A stretch of DNA of 62,412 nt, filler included. It is 7 parts of 7 records of this genome, joined end to end, with 100 filler letters (N's around TTAATTAATTAA, not from the genome) between each part and the next. Parts side by side here need not be neighbours in the genome. Positions count along the whole stretch, not along the records: positions 26,935 to 35,396 come from DRR723986_5907; positions 35,497 to 44,223 come from DRR723986_5908; 5 more parts are not named here. One strand, 5' to 3'. A program made the translations under genes and the position numbers. A model generated the notes under the pieces. It had not been told where the DNA came from, did no database searches, and saw only the letters and a list, made by a program, of their open reading frames with translations. Shown here in pieces: positions 30,195-39,859 of this stretch (its first letter is position 1; the number at the start of each line of letters is the position of its first letter).

Positions 30195-30224
30195 ATTGAC
30201 CGATCAGTCGGTCAATAATATCAT
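30195..30224 (+). promoter_or_regulatory. sigma70 promoter of paaZ overlapped by a PaaR-like palindromic operator
   Basis: TTGACC(30196)-N17-TATCAT(30219); palindrome ATTGACCGA-TCAG-TCGGTCAAT 30195-30216. Confidence 0.75.
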
Positions 30225-30272
30225 ACCCAAAACCGGGCGCACATTTGCCTGACTCGAAACAGGAGAGGTCCC

Positions 30273-32303
30273 ATGACCCTACAACAGATTTCCAGCTTTG
30301 CAGCCGGCGAATGGATCACCCCAGATGCAGGCGCACGCACCATCGCCTCCGCCATCACAGGCGAAGCTTTTGCCACTGCGGGCAACAGCTCGCTCGATGT
30401 GCAGGGCATGTTGGATTACGCCCGCTCCGTGGGTGGCCCCGCCCTGCGCAAGATGACATTCCACGAACGCGCCAAGATGATCAAAGCCTTGGCCAACGCT
30501 CTGGGCGCGCAGAAACAGGCGCTTTACGATCTCAGCTTTAACACCGGCGCGATTCAAAGCGATCATATGATCGATATCGACGGCGGTATTGGCACCATGT
30601 TTGTCTTTGCCTCCAAAGGACGTCGGGAAATGCCCGATGGCCACGTCTATCTGGACGGCGATCTGGAACAACTCAGCCGCAATGGCACTTTCCTTGGTCA
30701 GCACGTTTGCACCCCGCTACAGGGTGTGGCCGTTCACATCAACGCGTTCAACTTCCCCGTCTGGGGTATGTTGGAAAAGCTGGCCCCCACTTTATTGGCC
30801 GGTGTTCCCGCCATCGTGAAACCCGCCACCAACAGCTGCTATGTGACCGAACTGGCCGTGAAAATCATGCTGGACGCAGGCATCCTGCCCCCCGGCGCAC
30901 TGCAACTGGTCTCGGGCGGTCTCGGCGACATGCTTGATCACCTCGGCATGCAGGACGTGGTCAGCTTTACCGGCTCGGCCAATACCGCGCTGATGCTGCG
31001 GTCGAACCCGGTGATCCTGAACAACGCCGTGCGTTTTGTTGCGGAACAGGACAGTCTGAATGCATCCATTCTGGGCCCTGACGCCGAACCCGGCACGCCG
31101 GAATTCGATCTGTTCATCAAAGAAGTCAGCCGCGAGATGACCGCCAAAGCAGGTCAGAAATGTACCGCTATCCGCCGCATCATCGCACCCGAAACCACAA
31201 CACAAGCCGTGATCGAAGCCCTGTCCGCACGTCTGGCTAAAATCACCATCGGTGATCCCCGCCTAGACACCACCCGCATGGGCGCACTGGTCTCGAACGG
31301 TCAAAAACAAGACGTTCTGGAAAAGGCCGCGATCCTTAGCCAAGAGGCCGAGCGCGTCTTTGGCGATCCTGAAAACTTTGACGTCCAAGGGGCCGACAAA
31401 GACAAGGGCGCCTTCCTGCCGCCCATGTTGTTCCACTGCGCCAACCCAGACAGCGCCCAGCGCGTCCACGACACCGAGGCGTTTGGCCCCGTTTCCACCG
31501 TGATGGGCTACCGCGATCTGGACCACGCCATCGCATTGGCAAACCGCGGCCAAGGCTCGCTCGTGACATCCGTGATCACCCACGACCCGGCCGTTGCGCG
31601 CGACGTGGTTCTGGGTTCCGGCGCGTACCACGGTCGGATCTACATCAACAATCGCGACTCGATGAAGGAATCCACCGGCCACGGCTCTCCCCTGCCCCAC
31701 ATGGTGCATGGCGGCCCCGGTCGCGCCGGTGGTGGCGAAGAAATGGGCGGCGTGCGTGGTGTAAAACACTATATGCAGCGCACCGCGATCCAAGGCTCGC
31801 CCGAGATGCTGACCGCCATTGGCGAACGCTGGGTTCCCGGCACGCCCGAGATCAAGGCAACCGCGCACCCGTTCACGCGTAAATATGGTGAACTGTCGAT
31901 TGGCGAGACGTTGAACACCGCCTCGCGCATTGTGACTTTGGATGACATTGAGCTGTTCGCCAAATTCACCGGCGACACGTTTTATGCCCACATGGATAAC
32001 GACGCCGCCAAGCGGAACCCCTTTTTCCCCGGTCGTGTCGCGCACGGTTACCTGCTGCTCAGCTTTGCTGCGGGTCTGTTTGTTGAACCCAACGAAGGCC
32101 CCGTTCTGGCCAACACCGGTCTTGATAACCTCCGGTTCATGAAACCCGTCAGCGCCGGGGACAGCATCAAGGTCCGTCTCAGCGTCAAGAAAAAGACCCA
32201 GCGCACCGATGAGTATGGCGAAGTCCGCTGGCACGTCACCCTCACCAATCAGGATGATGAAATGGTCGCAGAATACGAACTGCTGACTATGAACGCTTAC
32301 TGA
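30273..32303 (+). CDS. paaZ: Bifunctional oxepin-CoA hydrolase/aldehyde dehydrogenase PaaZ
   Basis: [30 protein letters not shown]-terminal MaoC domain (GDTFYAH, VAHGYL). Confidence 0.96.
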   Translation: MTLQQISSFAAGEWITPDAGARTIASAITGEAFATAGNSSLDVQGMLDYARSVGGPALRKMTFHERAKMIKALANALGAQKQALYDLSFNTGAIQSDHMIDIDGGIGTMFVFASKGRREMPDGHVYLDGDLEQLSRNGTFLGQHVCTPLQGVAVHINAFNFPVWGMLEKLAPTLLAGVPAIVKPATNSCYVTELAVKIMLDAGILPPGALQLVSGGLGDMLDHLGMQDVVSFTGSANTALMLRSNPVILNNAVRFVAEQDSLNASILGPDAEPGTPEFDLFIKEVSREMTAKAGQKCTAIRRIIAPETTTQAVIEALSARLAKITIGDPRLDTTRMGALVSNGQKQDVLEKAAILSQEAERVFGDPENFDVQGADKDKGAFLPPMLFHCANPDSAQRVHDTEAFGPVSTVMGYRDLDHAIALANRGQGSLVTSVITHDPAVARDVVLGSGAYHGRIYINNRDSMKESTGHGSPLPHMVHGGPGRAGGGEEMGGVRGVKHYMQRTAIQGSPEMLTAIGERWVPGTPEIKATAHPFTRKYGELSIGETLNTASRIVTLDDIELFAKFTGDTFYAHMDNDAAKRNPFFPGRVAHGYLLLSFAAGLFVEPNEGPVLANTGLDNLRFMKPVSAGDSIKVRLSVKKKTQRTDEYGEVRWHVTLTNQDDEMVAEYELLTMNAY

Positions 32304-32310
32304 CCAACGA

Positions 32311-32338
32311 GAGGGCCCTGATACACCTCAGGGCCCTC
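32311..32338 (+). terminator. Stem-loop after paaZ
   Basis: GAGGGCCCTGA-TACACC-TCAGGGCCCTC. Confidence 0.65.
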
Positions 32339-32455
32339 ACTTGCTGTCAAAGGTTGAAACCTGTTGACCTATTGCTCTGCGTTTACGCTATGAACCGCGA
32401 ACCTGAAGCCAGATAAAGCCATCTAGTAAGGGATGTAGATGGAACTGGTTTCTGC

Positions 32456-33040
32456 CTAGTCGATACCGACACCAATATCGAACGTGACCGGCTGCGCCCC
32501 TGCATTGACCACTTCGACAATATGATCCCCCGACTGCCAGAGTTGGCCACGATACGGTTTTTCAGACGAAATCAGGTCCAACAGCATCGATCCATCGGGA
32601 TTGAAAATCTTGTAATCAAGGGCCCCACCGCGAGACCCGAGATCCACATTCAGAAACTGCCCATCGCTGGCACCAAGAATGTAGCGTACCGAAGTGCCGG
32701 ATTGAAGCGTCCCGCTTGTAGCCATGCCACTCTCTCCTGCTGCGAATTTAACCCGCTGTTCGCCGGACACGGTGTCAGCCGATACCGCCCCCTCATCGCC
32801 AACACGCCTCAGATCTGCGACCTCCGGACCAGACCAGACGATGCATTCATACATAACACCGTTCCCATCACGCAAGCGCACCATGATCGCTGCTTCGCTG
32901 AACTCTTGCCCCAACACCTCGCCACCCACGTTTCCAAAACGCGAAGTCAGCTCATCAATGCAGGCATTCGCTTCATCAGAGATATCGGCAAGCGCTGGCA
33001 TGGGCAGAAACAGAAAAGGGAAGAGGAATTTCTTTAGCAT
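32456..33040 (-). CDS. Secreted protein with C-terminal PliG/PPC-like beta-sandwich
   Basis: Signal peptide ending ALA-D; RVKFAAG..SGTL...VRYILGASDGQFLNV...GQLWQSGDH. Confidence 0.6.
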   Translation of the reverse strand: MLKKFLFPFLFLPMPALADISDEANACIDELTSRFGNVGGEVLGQEFSEAAIMVRLRDGNGVMYECIVWSGPEVADLRRVGDEGAVSADTVSGEQRVKFAAGESGMATSGTLQSGTSVRYILGASDGQFLNVDLGSRGGALDYKIFNPDGSMLLDLISSEKPYRGQLWQSGDHIVEVVNAGAQPVTFDIGVGID

Positions 33041-33401
33041 AGTGAGATCCACATCATTCAAAGTGTTTCATTAAAACAGAAAGGATCACCCAGACTTATG
33101 CCTGACTTGACCTCTAATTGCCGGGTCCCCTCTCGGCCTTTTCCATAATGAAAGGTCGTTCAGGCTAATTTTTTTCGTTTCACGATACCTTGCTAGTTTA
33201 GAGCGATAGACAAATATTTCAATTTTTGCGGCTCGCTTGATGAGCGCTGAGTTCAGGTTAACCTTGTGGAACAGCGCAGCATCCACCCAGCCCAACTTGA
33301 GAGTCAGCTACCAAGATTAGCCTGACGAAGGCATGACTTGTCTCTTAAAGATGCCTGCTTTTCCCATGGCGCCCAGCAACGGCACACCGTAAACTATAGG
33401 T

Positions 33402-34205
33402 ATGACGACCCAAAACATCTGGTTTGAAACCTCTGTCACCCGCCTGATTGACCCGCAAAACCAGCGGGTCTGGTCTCTGATCGTGTCCCTGTTCGGGGAT
33501 CTGGCCCAGCAGCCCGGCGATCGGATTTCTGGCGGGGCGCTGACACGGATCATTCAACCCATGGGCATCAAACCCGAGGCCATGCGCGTGGCGCTGCACC
33601 GCCTGCGCAAAGATGGTTGGATAGAAAGCACCCGTTCGGGGCGGGCCTCGGTGCATTTCTTGACCGACTTTGGCCGCGCCCAATCCGCCAAGGTCACCCC
33701 CCGCATCTATAATCGCGCGCCTGAAATCCCCAAGGACTGGCACATCCTGATTGCCGAAGACGGCCCCGGCATTCACACGTTGGATGACCTGCTGCTGGCC
33801 GAGAATTACATCAGCATCGGACGCACTGTCGCCCTCGGCTCTGGCCCGCTGCCCAAGAACTGCGATGATCTGGTCGCGTTCGAGGCCACCGCACGATCCG
33901 TGCCCGATTGGCTAAAAACCCGGCTCTGCCCCCCCGATCTGATCCTTGCCTGCAAGGACCTGCGCGACGCGGCAAAAAGCGTGTCCCAAAACCGGCCACA
34001 AAACGCCCACCCCACCGCGTGGGAAATCGCCGCCCTGCGCACGCTGCTGATCCACCGCTGGCGGCGTGTGGTCCTGCGCCATCCCGGCCTGCCCCGCGCC
34101 TTTTTCCCCAACGACTGGTCCGGCCCCGATTGCCGGGCTGAGGTTTTCCGCCTGCTCGACACCCTTTCCTTTCCGACACTGGACGCCCTGAACAAGCTGG
34201 ACTAA
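33402..34205 (+). CDS. paaX: PaaX family transcriptional regulator
   Basis: RVWSLIVSLFGD, RVALHRLRKDGW, LIHRWRRVVLRHPGLP. Confidence 0.88.
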   Translation: MTTQNIWFETSVTRLIDPQNQRVWSLIVSLFGDLAQQPGDRISGGALTRIIQPMGIKPEAMRVALHRLRKDGWIESTRSGRASVHFLTDFGRAQSAKVTPRIYNRAPEIPKDWHILIAEDGPGIHTLDDLLLAENYISIGRTVALGSGPLPKNCDDLVAFEATARSVPDWLKTRLCPPDLILACKDLRDAAKSVSQNRPQNAHPTAWEIAALRTLLIHRWRRVVLRHPGLPRAFFPNDWSGPDCRAEVFRLLDTLSFPTLDALNKLD

Positions 34206-34269
34206 GTCTTGCTGCGTGACAGAAACCGCCGGGGCCCGATCCCCACAGCTTTGCGGAGACTCCCGCCAA

Positions 34270-35247
34270 ATGACCATCCTCCTGTCTGTTTTGGGCACGT
34301 TCACGGTACTTCTGCTGGCAGGTCTCACCCTGTCCTATTTCTGGACCCGCAAACTGGCGCGACTGGGGGAATTCCTCTCCCCGCAAGCCGGTAAAATCCA
34401 AACCGTGAAAAACGGCGCAATCCATTATGTCGAGGCCGGAAACCCGAAAAAACAGACGCTTGTGCTGATCCATGGGCTGTCCGGACAATTGCAGCACTTC
34501 ACCTATGGCCTCGTCAAACGCTTGTCCCAAGATCACCACGTCATCGCGCTGGATCGTCCGGGATGTGGCTATTCCACACGCGATTCTGACGATCTTGCCA
34601 CGCTGCCCGAACAGGCCCGCATGATTGCCGAATTCCTGACCCTGAAACAGATCAAAGACCCCGTTCTGGTCGGGCATTCTTTGGGCGGCGCAGTGGCGCT
34701 GGCTATCGCGCTGGACAATCCGCGCTGGATTGCCGGGCTGGCCCTCCTTGCGCCCCTGACACATCCCCTGCGCGGCGCCCCTGAGGTGTTCAAACCGCTA
34801 CAGATCCGCTCACCTTTTGTGCGCCGCGCCTTGGCCAACACAATTGCCGTCCCTATGGCCCAGCATACGGCCTCAGCCGCGCTGACCGCCGTCTTTGCCC
34901 CCGAACCCTGCCCCGAGGATTTCCTCGACCGGGCCGGCGGCGCATTGGGCCTGCGCCCCAAGGCTTTTGTCGCCGCTTCCGCCGATGCGGTCGGTGCAGA
35001 TCTCAGCATCGAACACCAATCCACCCGCTATGGCGAACTGCGCACCCCCGGCGCCATCCTGTTCGGAACCGACGACGCAATTCTCCCCATCGCCGAACAA
35101 GGCCAATCGATGGAACAATACGGCCTGCGCTGCGAAAAACTCGACGGTCTGGGTCACATGCTGCCCATCACCGCACTGGACGATTGCGAAGGATTTATCC
35201 GCAGTGTTTCCATCTCAACCCGCCTTCCCGCCAGCCTCTCGTCGTGA
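34270..35247 (+). CDS. Alpha/beta hydrolase with N-terminal TM anchor
   Basis: LIHG, DRPGCGYS, GHSLGG, GHM. Confidence 0.88.
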   Translation: MTILLSVLGTFTVLLLAGLTLSYFWTRKLARLGEFLSPQAGKIQTVKNGAIHYVEAGNPKKQTLVLIHGLSGQLQHFTYGLVKRLSQDHHVIALDRPGCGYSTRDSDDLATLPEQARMIAEFLTLKQIKDPVLVGHSLGGAVALAIALDNPRWIAGLALLAPLTHPLRGAPEVFKPLQIRSPFVRRALANTIAVPMAQHTASAALTAVFAPEPCPEDFLDRAGGALGLRPKAFVAASADAVGADLSIEHQSTRYGELRTPGAILFGTDDAILPIAEQGQSMEQYGLRCEKLDGLGHMLPITALDDCEGFIRSVSISTRLPASLSS

Positions 35248-35316
35248 CCCACCAAGCCCCCAAACAAACGGTGAAAATTTTTCTACACAAAAAATGAGAT
35301 TCAGCGCCGGATGCCC

Positions 35317-35345
35317 TTGACCCGCCCCGCGCTGTCCCTTAAATC
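35317..35345 (+). promoter_or_regulatory. sigma70-type promoter of the tRNA
   Basis: TTGACC-N17-TAAATC ending about 15 bp upstream of the tRNA. Confidence 0.55.
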
Positions 35346-35359
35346 GCCCCTCACACCAT

Positions 35360-35396
35360 GGCGGTATAGCTCAGTTGGTTAGAGCAGCGGAATCAT
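35360..35396 (+). tRNA. tRNA-Met(CAT), 5' half, truncated
   Basis: GGCGGTATAGCTCAGTTGGTTAGAGCAGCGGAATCAT ending at the CAT anticodon. Confidence 0.85.
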
Positions 35397-35496
35397 NNNN
35401 NNNNNNNNNNNNNNNNNNNNNNNNNNNNNNNNNNNNNNNNTTAATTAATTAANNNNNNNNNNNNNNNNNNNNNNNNNNNNNNNNNNNNNNNNNNNN
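35397..35496. other. Artificial contig linker
   Basis: N44-TTAATTAATTAA-N44. Confidence 0.99.
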
Positions 35497-35497
35497 C

Positions 35498-36268
35498 ACC
35501 CATGGCATGATCCACAACATGGAATACACGGGCGTGCCCCTGCGCACGCTGCTGGAGGAGGCCGGTCTGGATACGGCTGGCGATCTCAAGGACAAATGGG
35601 TGTTTGTCGAAGGTGCAGATGCGTCATCAAACGGGCGTTCCATTCCGATGGAAAAGGCGCTGGACGATGTCTTGGTCGCTTTCAAAGCCAACGGCGAGGC
35701 GCTGCGCAAAGAACACGGCTATCCGGTGCGTCTGGTTGTGCCCGGTTGGGAAGGCAACATGTGGGTCAAATGGATCCGCCGGATCGAGGTCACGGATGCC
35801 CCGGTCGAAAGCCGCGAAGAGACCAGCAAATACACTGATGTCTTGGAAAACGGCATTGCCCGCAAATGGACCTGGGCGATGGATGCCAAGTCGGTTGTCA
35901 CCTCGCCCAGCCCCCAAGCACCGATCACGCACGGCAAAGGGCCATTGGTGATCACCGGGCTGGCCTGGTCGGGTCGCGGCGCGATCACACGGGTCGATGT
36001 GTCCAAGGATGGCGGCAAGACATGGGAAACCGCACGACTGGCCAAGCCGGGCGAAAAAATGGCGATGACCCGCTTCTACCTCGATACCGATTGGGACGGG
36101 GAAGAGATGATGCTGCAATCACGTGCCATGGACGACACCGGCTATGTGCAGCCCACCAAGGCGCAACTGCGCGAGGTGCGCGGTCTGAATTCGATCTATC
36201 ACAACAACTGCATCCAGACATGGTTGGTGCGCAGCACGGGCGAGGCTGAAAATGTCGAAGTTTCTTAA
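35498..36268 (+). CDS. soxC: Sulfane dehydrogenase molybdoprotein SoxC, 5'-truncated
   Basis: EHGYPVRLVVPGWEGNMWVKW, GLAWSG, IYHNN; upstream of SoxD. Confidence 0.93.
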   Translation, partial: THGMIHNMEYTGVPLRTLLEEAGLDTAGDLKDKWVFVEGADASSNGRSIPMEKALDDVLVAFKANGEALRKEHGYPVRLVVPGWEGNMWVKWIRRIEVTDAPVESREETSKYTDVLENGIARKWTWAMDAKSVVTSPSPQAPITHGKGPLVITGLAWSGRGAITRVDVSKDGGKTWETARLAKPGEKMAMTRFYLDTDWDGEEMMLQSRAMDDTGYVQPTKAQLREVRGLNSIYHNNCIQTWLVRSTGEAENVEVS

Positions 36269-37298
36269 ATCCATTCCCCTGATCGCTTTGCTGGCCGGAT
36301 TGGCCGCGCCCGCATCTGCCGAGAAATTCGGCCTTGGCCGCGCGGCCTTGCCCGAAGAAATTGCCGCATGGGACGGCGACGTCAGTCCCAATGGCGATGG
36401 CCTGCCTGCCGGATCGGGTGACGCGATTGTTGGCGAGGAAATCTTTGCCGAGCAATGCGCGGTCTGCCACGGTGATTTTGCCGAAGGGATCGACAACTGG
36501 CCCAAGCTGGCCGGCGGTGCGGATACACTCGATCACGAAGATCCGCTCAAGACGGTCGGCTCTTACTGGCCGCATCTCAGCACGGCATTTGACTACATCA
36601 AACGGTCCATGCCCTATGGCAATGCAGGCACGCTCAGCGATGATGAGGTCTATGCGATTGTTGCCTATATCCTGTATTCCAACGATCTGATCGAAGATGA
36701 TTTTGTCCTGTCGGATGAGACATTTGCCGATGTTGAATTGCCCAACGCGCAGGGGTTCATTTTGGACAACCGCGCCGAGACCGAATACGCAATCTGGAGC
36801 GGTGAGCCCTGCATGGAAAACTGTAAGGATGAGGTCAAAGTGACCATGCGTGCCATGGTTCTTGATGTCACCCCCGAAGAAGACAAGCCAGCAACCGCCG
36901 AAGTCACACAAGCCAGTGCAGCCGAGGTGCAAGAGACCGAAGAAGCGCCGGTTGAAGCCGCCGCGCCTGCGATTGACGCCGAATTGGCGAAGGCGGGCGA
37001 GAAGGTATTCAAAAAGTGCAAAGCCTGCCATCAGGTCGGCGCCAAGGCCAAGAACCGCTCTGGTCCGGTCCTGAACGGGATCGTCGGCGGCGCATCCGGT
37101 GCCGTGGACGGGTTCAAATATTCCAAAGCTCTGAAGGCCGCTGCCGAAGGCGGATTGGTCTGGACACCTGAAGAATTGGCAGCTTTCCTCGAAAAACCGA
37201 AGAAATACCTCAAGGGGACCAAAATGGGCTTTGCCGGTTTGAAAAAGGAAAAGGATCAAGCGGCGGTGATTGAATACCTCAAGACCTTCGCGGAGTGA
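36252..37298 (+). CDS. soxD: Sulfane dehydrogenase diheme cytochrome SoxD
   Basis: FGLGR, CAVCHG, KTVGSYWP, second heme CKACH. Confidence 0.93.
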   Translation: MSKFLKSIPLIALLAGLAAPASAEKFGLGRAALPEEIAAWDGDVSPNGDGLPAGSGDAIVGEEIFAEQCAVCHGDFAEGIDNWPKLAGGADTLDHEDPLKTVGSYWPHLSTAFDYIKRSMPYGNAGTLSDDEVYAIVAYILYSNDLIEDDFVLSDETFADVELPNAQGFILDNRAETEYAIWSGEPCMENCKDEVKVTMRAMVLDVTPEEDKPATAEVTQASAAEVQETEEAPVEAAAPAIDAELAKAGEKVFKKCKACHQVGAKAKNRSGPVLNGIVGGASGAVDGFKYSKALKAAAEGGLVWTPEELAAFLEKPKKYLKGTKMGFAGLKKEKDQAAVIEYLKTFAE

Positions 37299-37302
37299 TG
37301 GG

Positions 37303-38010
37303 GTGACCCTCCGCCCCACATCCCTTCTTGCGTTTCTCGCCGCCGCTTTGGTGGCGGGGGTCTCCTCTGCCACAGAAGTGGGCGATGCGGTAAACGGTGC
37401 GAGAGTTTTCCAGCAATGCAAAGCCTGCCATCAAGTGGGAGAGGGGGCCAAAAATCGGGTTGGTCCGCAATTGAACGGTGTATTTGGCCGCAGGGCGGGC
37501 ATAATCGAGGGGTTCCGATACTCCAAAAGCATGGACCGGATGGGCAGTGATGGCCTGATCTGGACGGCAGAAACACTCGACGCCTATATCGAGAACCCCA
37601 AGGCGCTGGTGTCCAAGACCCGAATGAACTTCAAGGGGATCAAGGACGCAGCAGACCGTGACGATCTGCTCGCTTATCTGCGGCAGTTTTCGGACAATCC
37701 GGCAAACTTTCCCGAAGCGGAGCCAACAGCGACGGCAACGGATCATGACATAGATCCTGCCATTCTCGCGCTGCAGGGCGATCCAGAGTATGGTGAATAT
37801 CTGGCTGGAGATTGCACCACCTGCCATCAGCGTGACGGAGAGGATGCCGGCATCCCCTCGATCACCAACTGGCCAGCCGAAGATTTTGTCGTGGCCATGC
37901 ACGCCTACAAACGCAAGCTCAGGCCGCATCCGGTGATGCAGATGATGGCAGGCCGGTTGTCAGACGAAGAGATCGCGGCGTTGGCCGCATATTTTGAGGC
38001 CCTCGAATAG
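37303..38010 (+). CDS. soxE: Diheme cytochrome c SoxE
   Basis: CKACH and CTTCH; located between soxD and soxF; probable GTG start. Confidence 0.85.
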   Translation: MTLRPTSLLAFLAAALVAGVSSATEVGDAVNGARVFQQCKACHQVGEGAKNRVGPQLNGVFGRRAGIIEGFRYSKSMDRMGSDGLIWTAETLDAYIENPKALVSKTRMNFKGIKDAADRDDLLAYLRQFSDNPANFPEAEPTATATDHDIDPAILALQGDPEYGEYLAGDCTTCHQRDGEDAGIPSITNWPAEDFVVAMHAYKRKLRPHPVMQMMAGRLSDEEIAALAAYFEALE

Positions 38011-38032
38011 GGCCCGTCAGGGAGGAAGAAAA

Positions 38033-39298
38033 ATGAAACTGAACAGACGTCATTTTATCGGGACATCAGCGGCTGCTGCGGCGTCCCTTTCCGCGCCAAT
38101 GGTTCTGGCGGACGGGCATGGCAAACCGCGTGTCGTGGTTGTGGGCGGCGGTGCAGGCGGCGCAACGGCGGCGCGTTATATCGCCAAAGACAGCAAGGGC
38201 GCGATCGACGTCACGCTGATTGAACCCACGCGCATGTATTACACCTGCTTTTTCTCCAACCTCTATCTGGGCGGGTTCAAGGAGATCGAGGACATCGGTC
38301 ACAGCTATGGCAGCTTGGCTGCAGGTGGCGTGAACGTTGTGCATGACTGGGCCGTGGGCGTGGACCGCGACGCCAAGACGGTTGCCCTCGCCGGTGGCGG
38401 CAGCGTCCCCTATGACAAGCTGATCCTCAGCCCCGGCATTGATTTTGTGGATGGCGCAGTTGAAGGCTGGGATCTGTCCGCCCAGAACGCCATGCCCCAC
38501 GCCTACAAGGCCGGATCGCAAAGTGAACTGCTCAAGGCGCAACTGATGGCGATGCCCGAAGGCGGCATCTTTGCCATGGTCGCGCCGCCCAACCCGTACC
38601 GCTGCCCGCCCGGCCCCTATGAACGGGTGTCGATGGTTGCGCATTTCCTCAAGGCCAACAATCCTACGGCCAAGATCATTGTTGCGGACCCCAAGCCAAA
38701 GTTCTCGAAGATGAGCCTGTTTCAAGAGGGTTGGGCCAATCACTATGAGGGCATGATCGACTGGATCGGCGAAGACTTCGGCGGCGGCAATGTTTCGGTT
38801 GATCCGAATGCAATGACCGTCACAATCGACGGCGAAGAAACCAAAGTGGATGTGTGCAACGTCATCCCCGCCATGAAAGCGGGCCGGATTGCCGAGGTCG
38901 CGGGTGTCACTGATGGCAATTGGGCTCCGGTCAATGCGGCCGATATGTCCACCAAGGCCGACGCAGACATCTACGTTCTGGGCGACGCATCCCAGCAAGG
39001 CGATATGCCCAAATCCGGGTTCTCGGCCAACAGTCAGGCCAAGGTCTGCGCCAATGCGGTGCGCGGAGCCTTGACCGGCTCCAAGGTGTTCCCGGCGCGG
39101 TTCTCCAACACCTGCTGGTCGCTGATCGACACCAATGATGGTGTGAAAGTTGGTGCAAGCTACGAGGCCACGGACGAAAAGATCGCCAAGGTTGAAGGGT
39201 TCATCTCTAAAACCGGCGAAAGCGCGGATTTGCGCAAGGCCACCTATGAGGAATCCGAAGGTTGGTATGCGGGCATTACCGCAGACATGTTCGGCTGA
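38033..39298 (+). CDS. soxF: Sulfide dehydrogenase flavoprotein SoxF
   Basis: Tat signal NRRHF, VVGGGAGG, YRCPPGPYER, MPKSGFSAN, NTCWS. Confidence 0.93.
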   Translation: MKLNRRHFIGTSAAAAASLSAPMVLADGHGKPRVVVVGGGAGGATAARYIAKDSKGAIDVTLIEPTRMYYTCFFSNLYLGGFKEIEDIGHSYGSLAAGGVNVVHDWAVGVDRDAKTVALAGGGSVPYDKLILSPGIDFVDGAVEGWDLSAQNAMPHAYKAGSQSELLKAQLMAMPEGGIFAMVAPPNPYRCPPGPYERVSMVAHFLKANNPTAKIIVADPKPKFSKMSLFQEGWANHYEGMIDWIGEDFGGGNVSVDPNAMTVTIDGEETKVDVCNVIPAMKAGRIAEVAGVTDGNWAPVNAADMSTKADADIYVLGDASQQGDMPKSGFSANSQAKVCANAVRGALTGSKVFPARFSNTCWSLIDTNDGVKVGASYEATDEKIAKVEGFISKTGESADLRKATYEESEGWYAGITADMFG

Positions 39299-39310
39299 TA
39301 CGCTTTGGAC

Positions 39311-39358
39311 GGGGCTTTGATCAGGGTCAAAGCCCCGCGCCTTCTGCTATGGTATTCT
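39311..39358 (+). promoter_or_regulatory. FNR-type box within a hairpin plus extended -10
   Basis: TTGAT-CAGG-GTCAA 39317-39330 inside GGGGCTTTGA..TCAAAGCCCC; TGGTATTCT 39350-39358. Confidence 0.6.
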
Positions 39359-39383
39359 GACCCTGAGAAAAGGGGATCGATCC

Positions 39384-39821
39384 ATGAAAAATACAATTAT
39401 CGCAGGTCTGTTTGCCGCATCCTTGGCGGTGACGGCACAGGCTGACACTCTATCCACTGTCTATGACTTTGACGGCAGCTTTGACGATGCCACCTTTAGC
39501 GTCGAAAGCGCCATCGTCGGGCGCGGCCTGGTCATTGACTACGTCAGCCACACGGGCGAGATGCTGAACCGCACCGGCGCGGATGTGGGCAGCGATGTCA
39601 CAATCTTTGACGGCGCGGATATCTTTTTGTTCTGCTCTGCCGTTTTGTCCCGCAAGGTGATGGAGGCCGATCCGATGAACATCGCCCATTGCCCATACGG
39701 CATCTTTGTCACTGACAAGGGCGGCGAAGTGTCAGTTGGCTATCGCAACTACCCCGAAGGACCGATGCAAGAGGTGCAGAGCCTGCTGGATGACATCGTC
39801 CGCGAAGCGGTTGGCGAGTGA
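39384..39821 (+). CDS. DUF302 domain secreted protein
   Basis: Signal peptide; FLFCSA, NIAHCPYGIFV. Confidence 0.82.
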   Translation: MKNTIIAGLFAASLAVTAQADTLSTVYDFDGSFDDATFSVESAIVGRGLVIDYVSHTGEMLNRTGADVGSDVTIFDGADIFLFCSAVLSRKVMEADPMNIAHCPYGIFVTDKGGEVSVGYRNYPEGPMQEVQSLLDDIVREAVGE

Positions 39822-39859
39822 TCCGGTAACACAAACCACAAACCGTCAGAGGATTGCCC

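Noticed and set aside
33086..33295. 69-aa ORF in the AT-rich gap before paaX
   Set aside because: Weak start, no motif and no RBS; cannot be supported as a gene.
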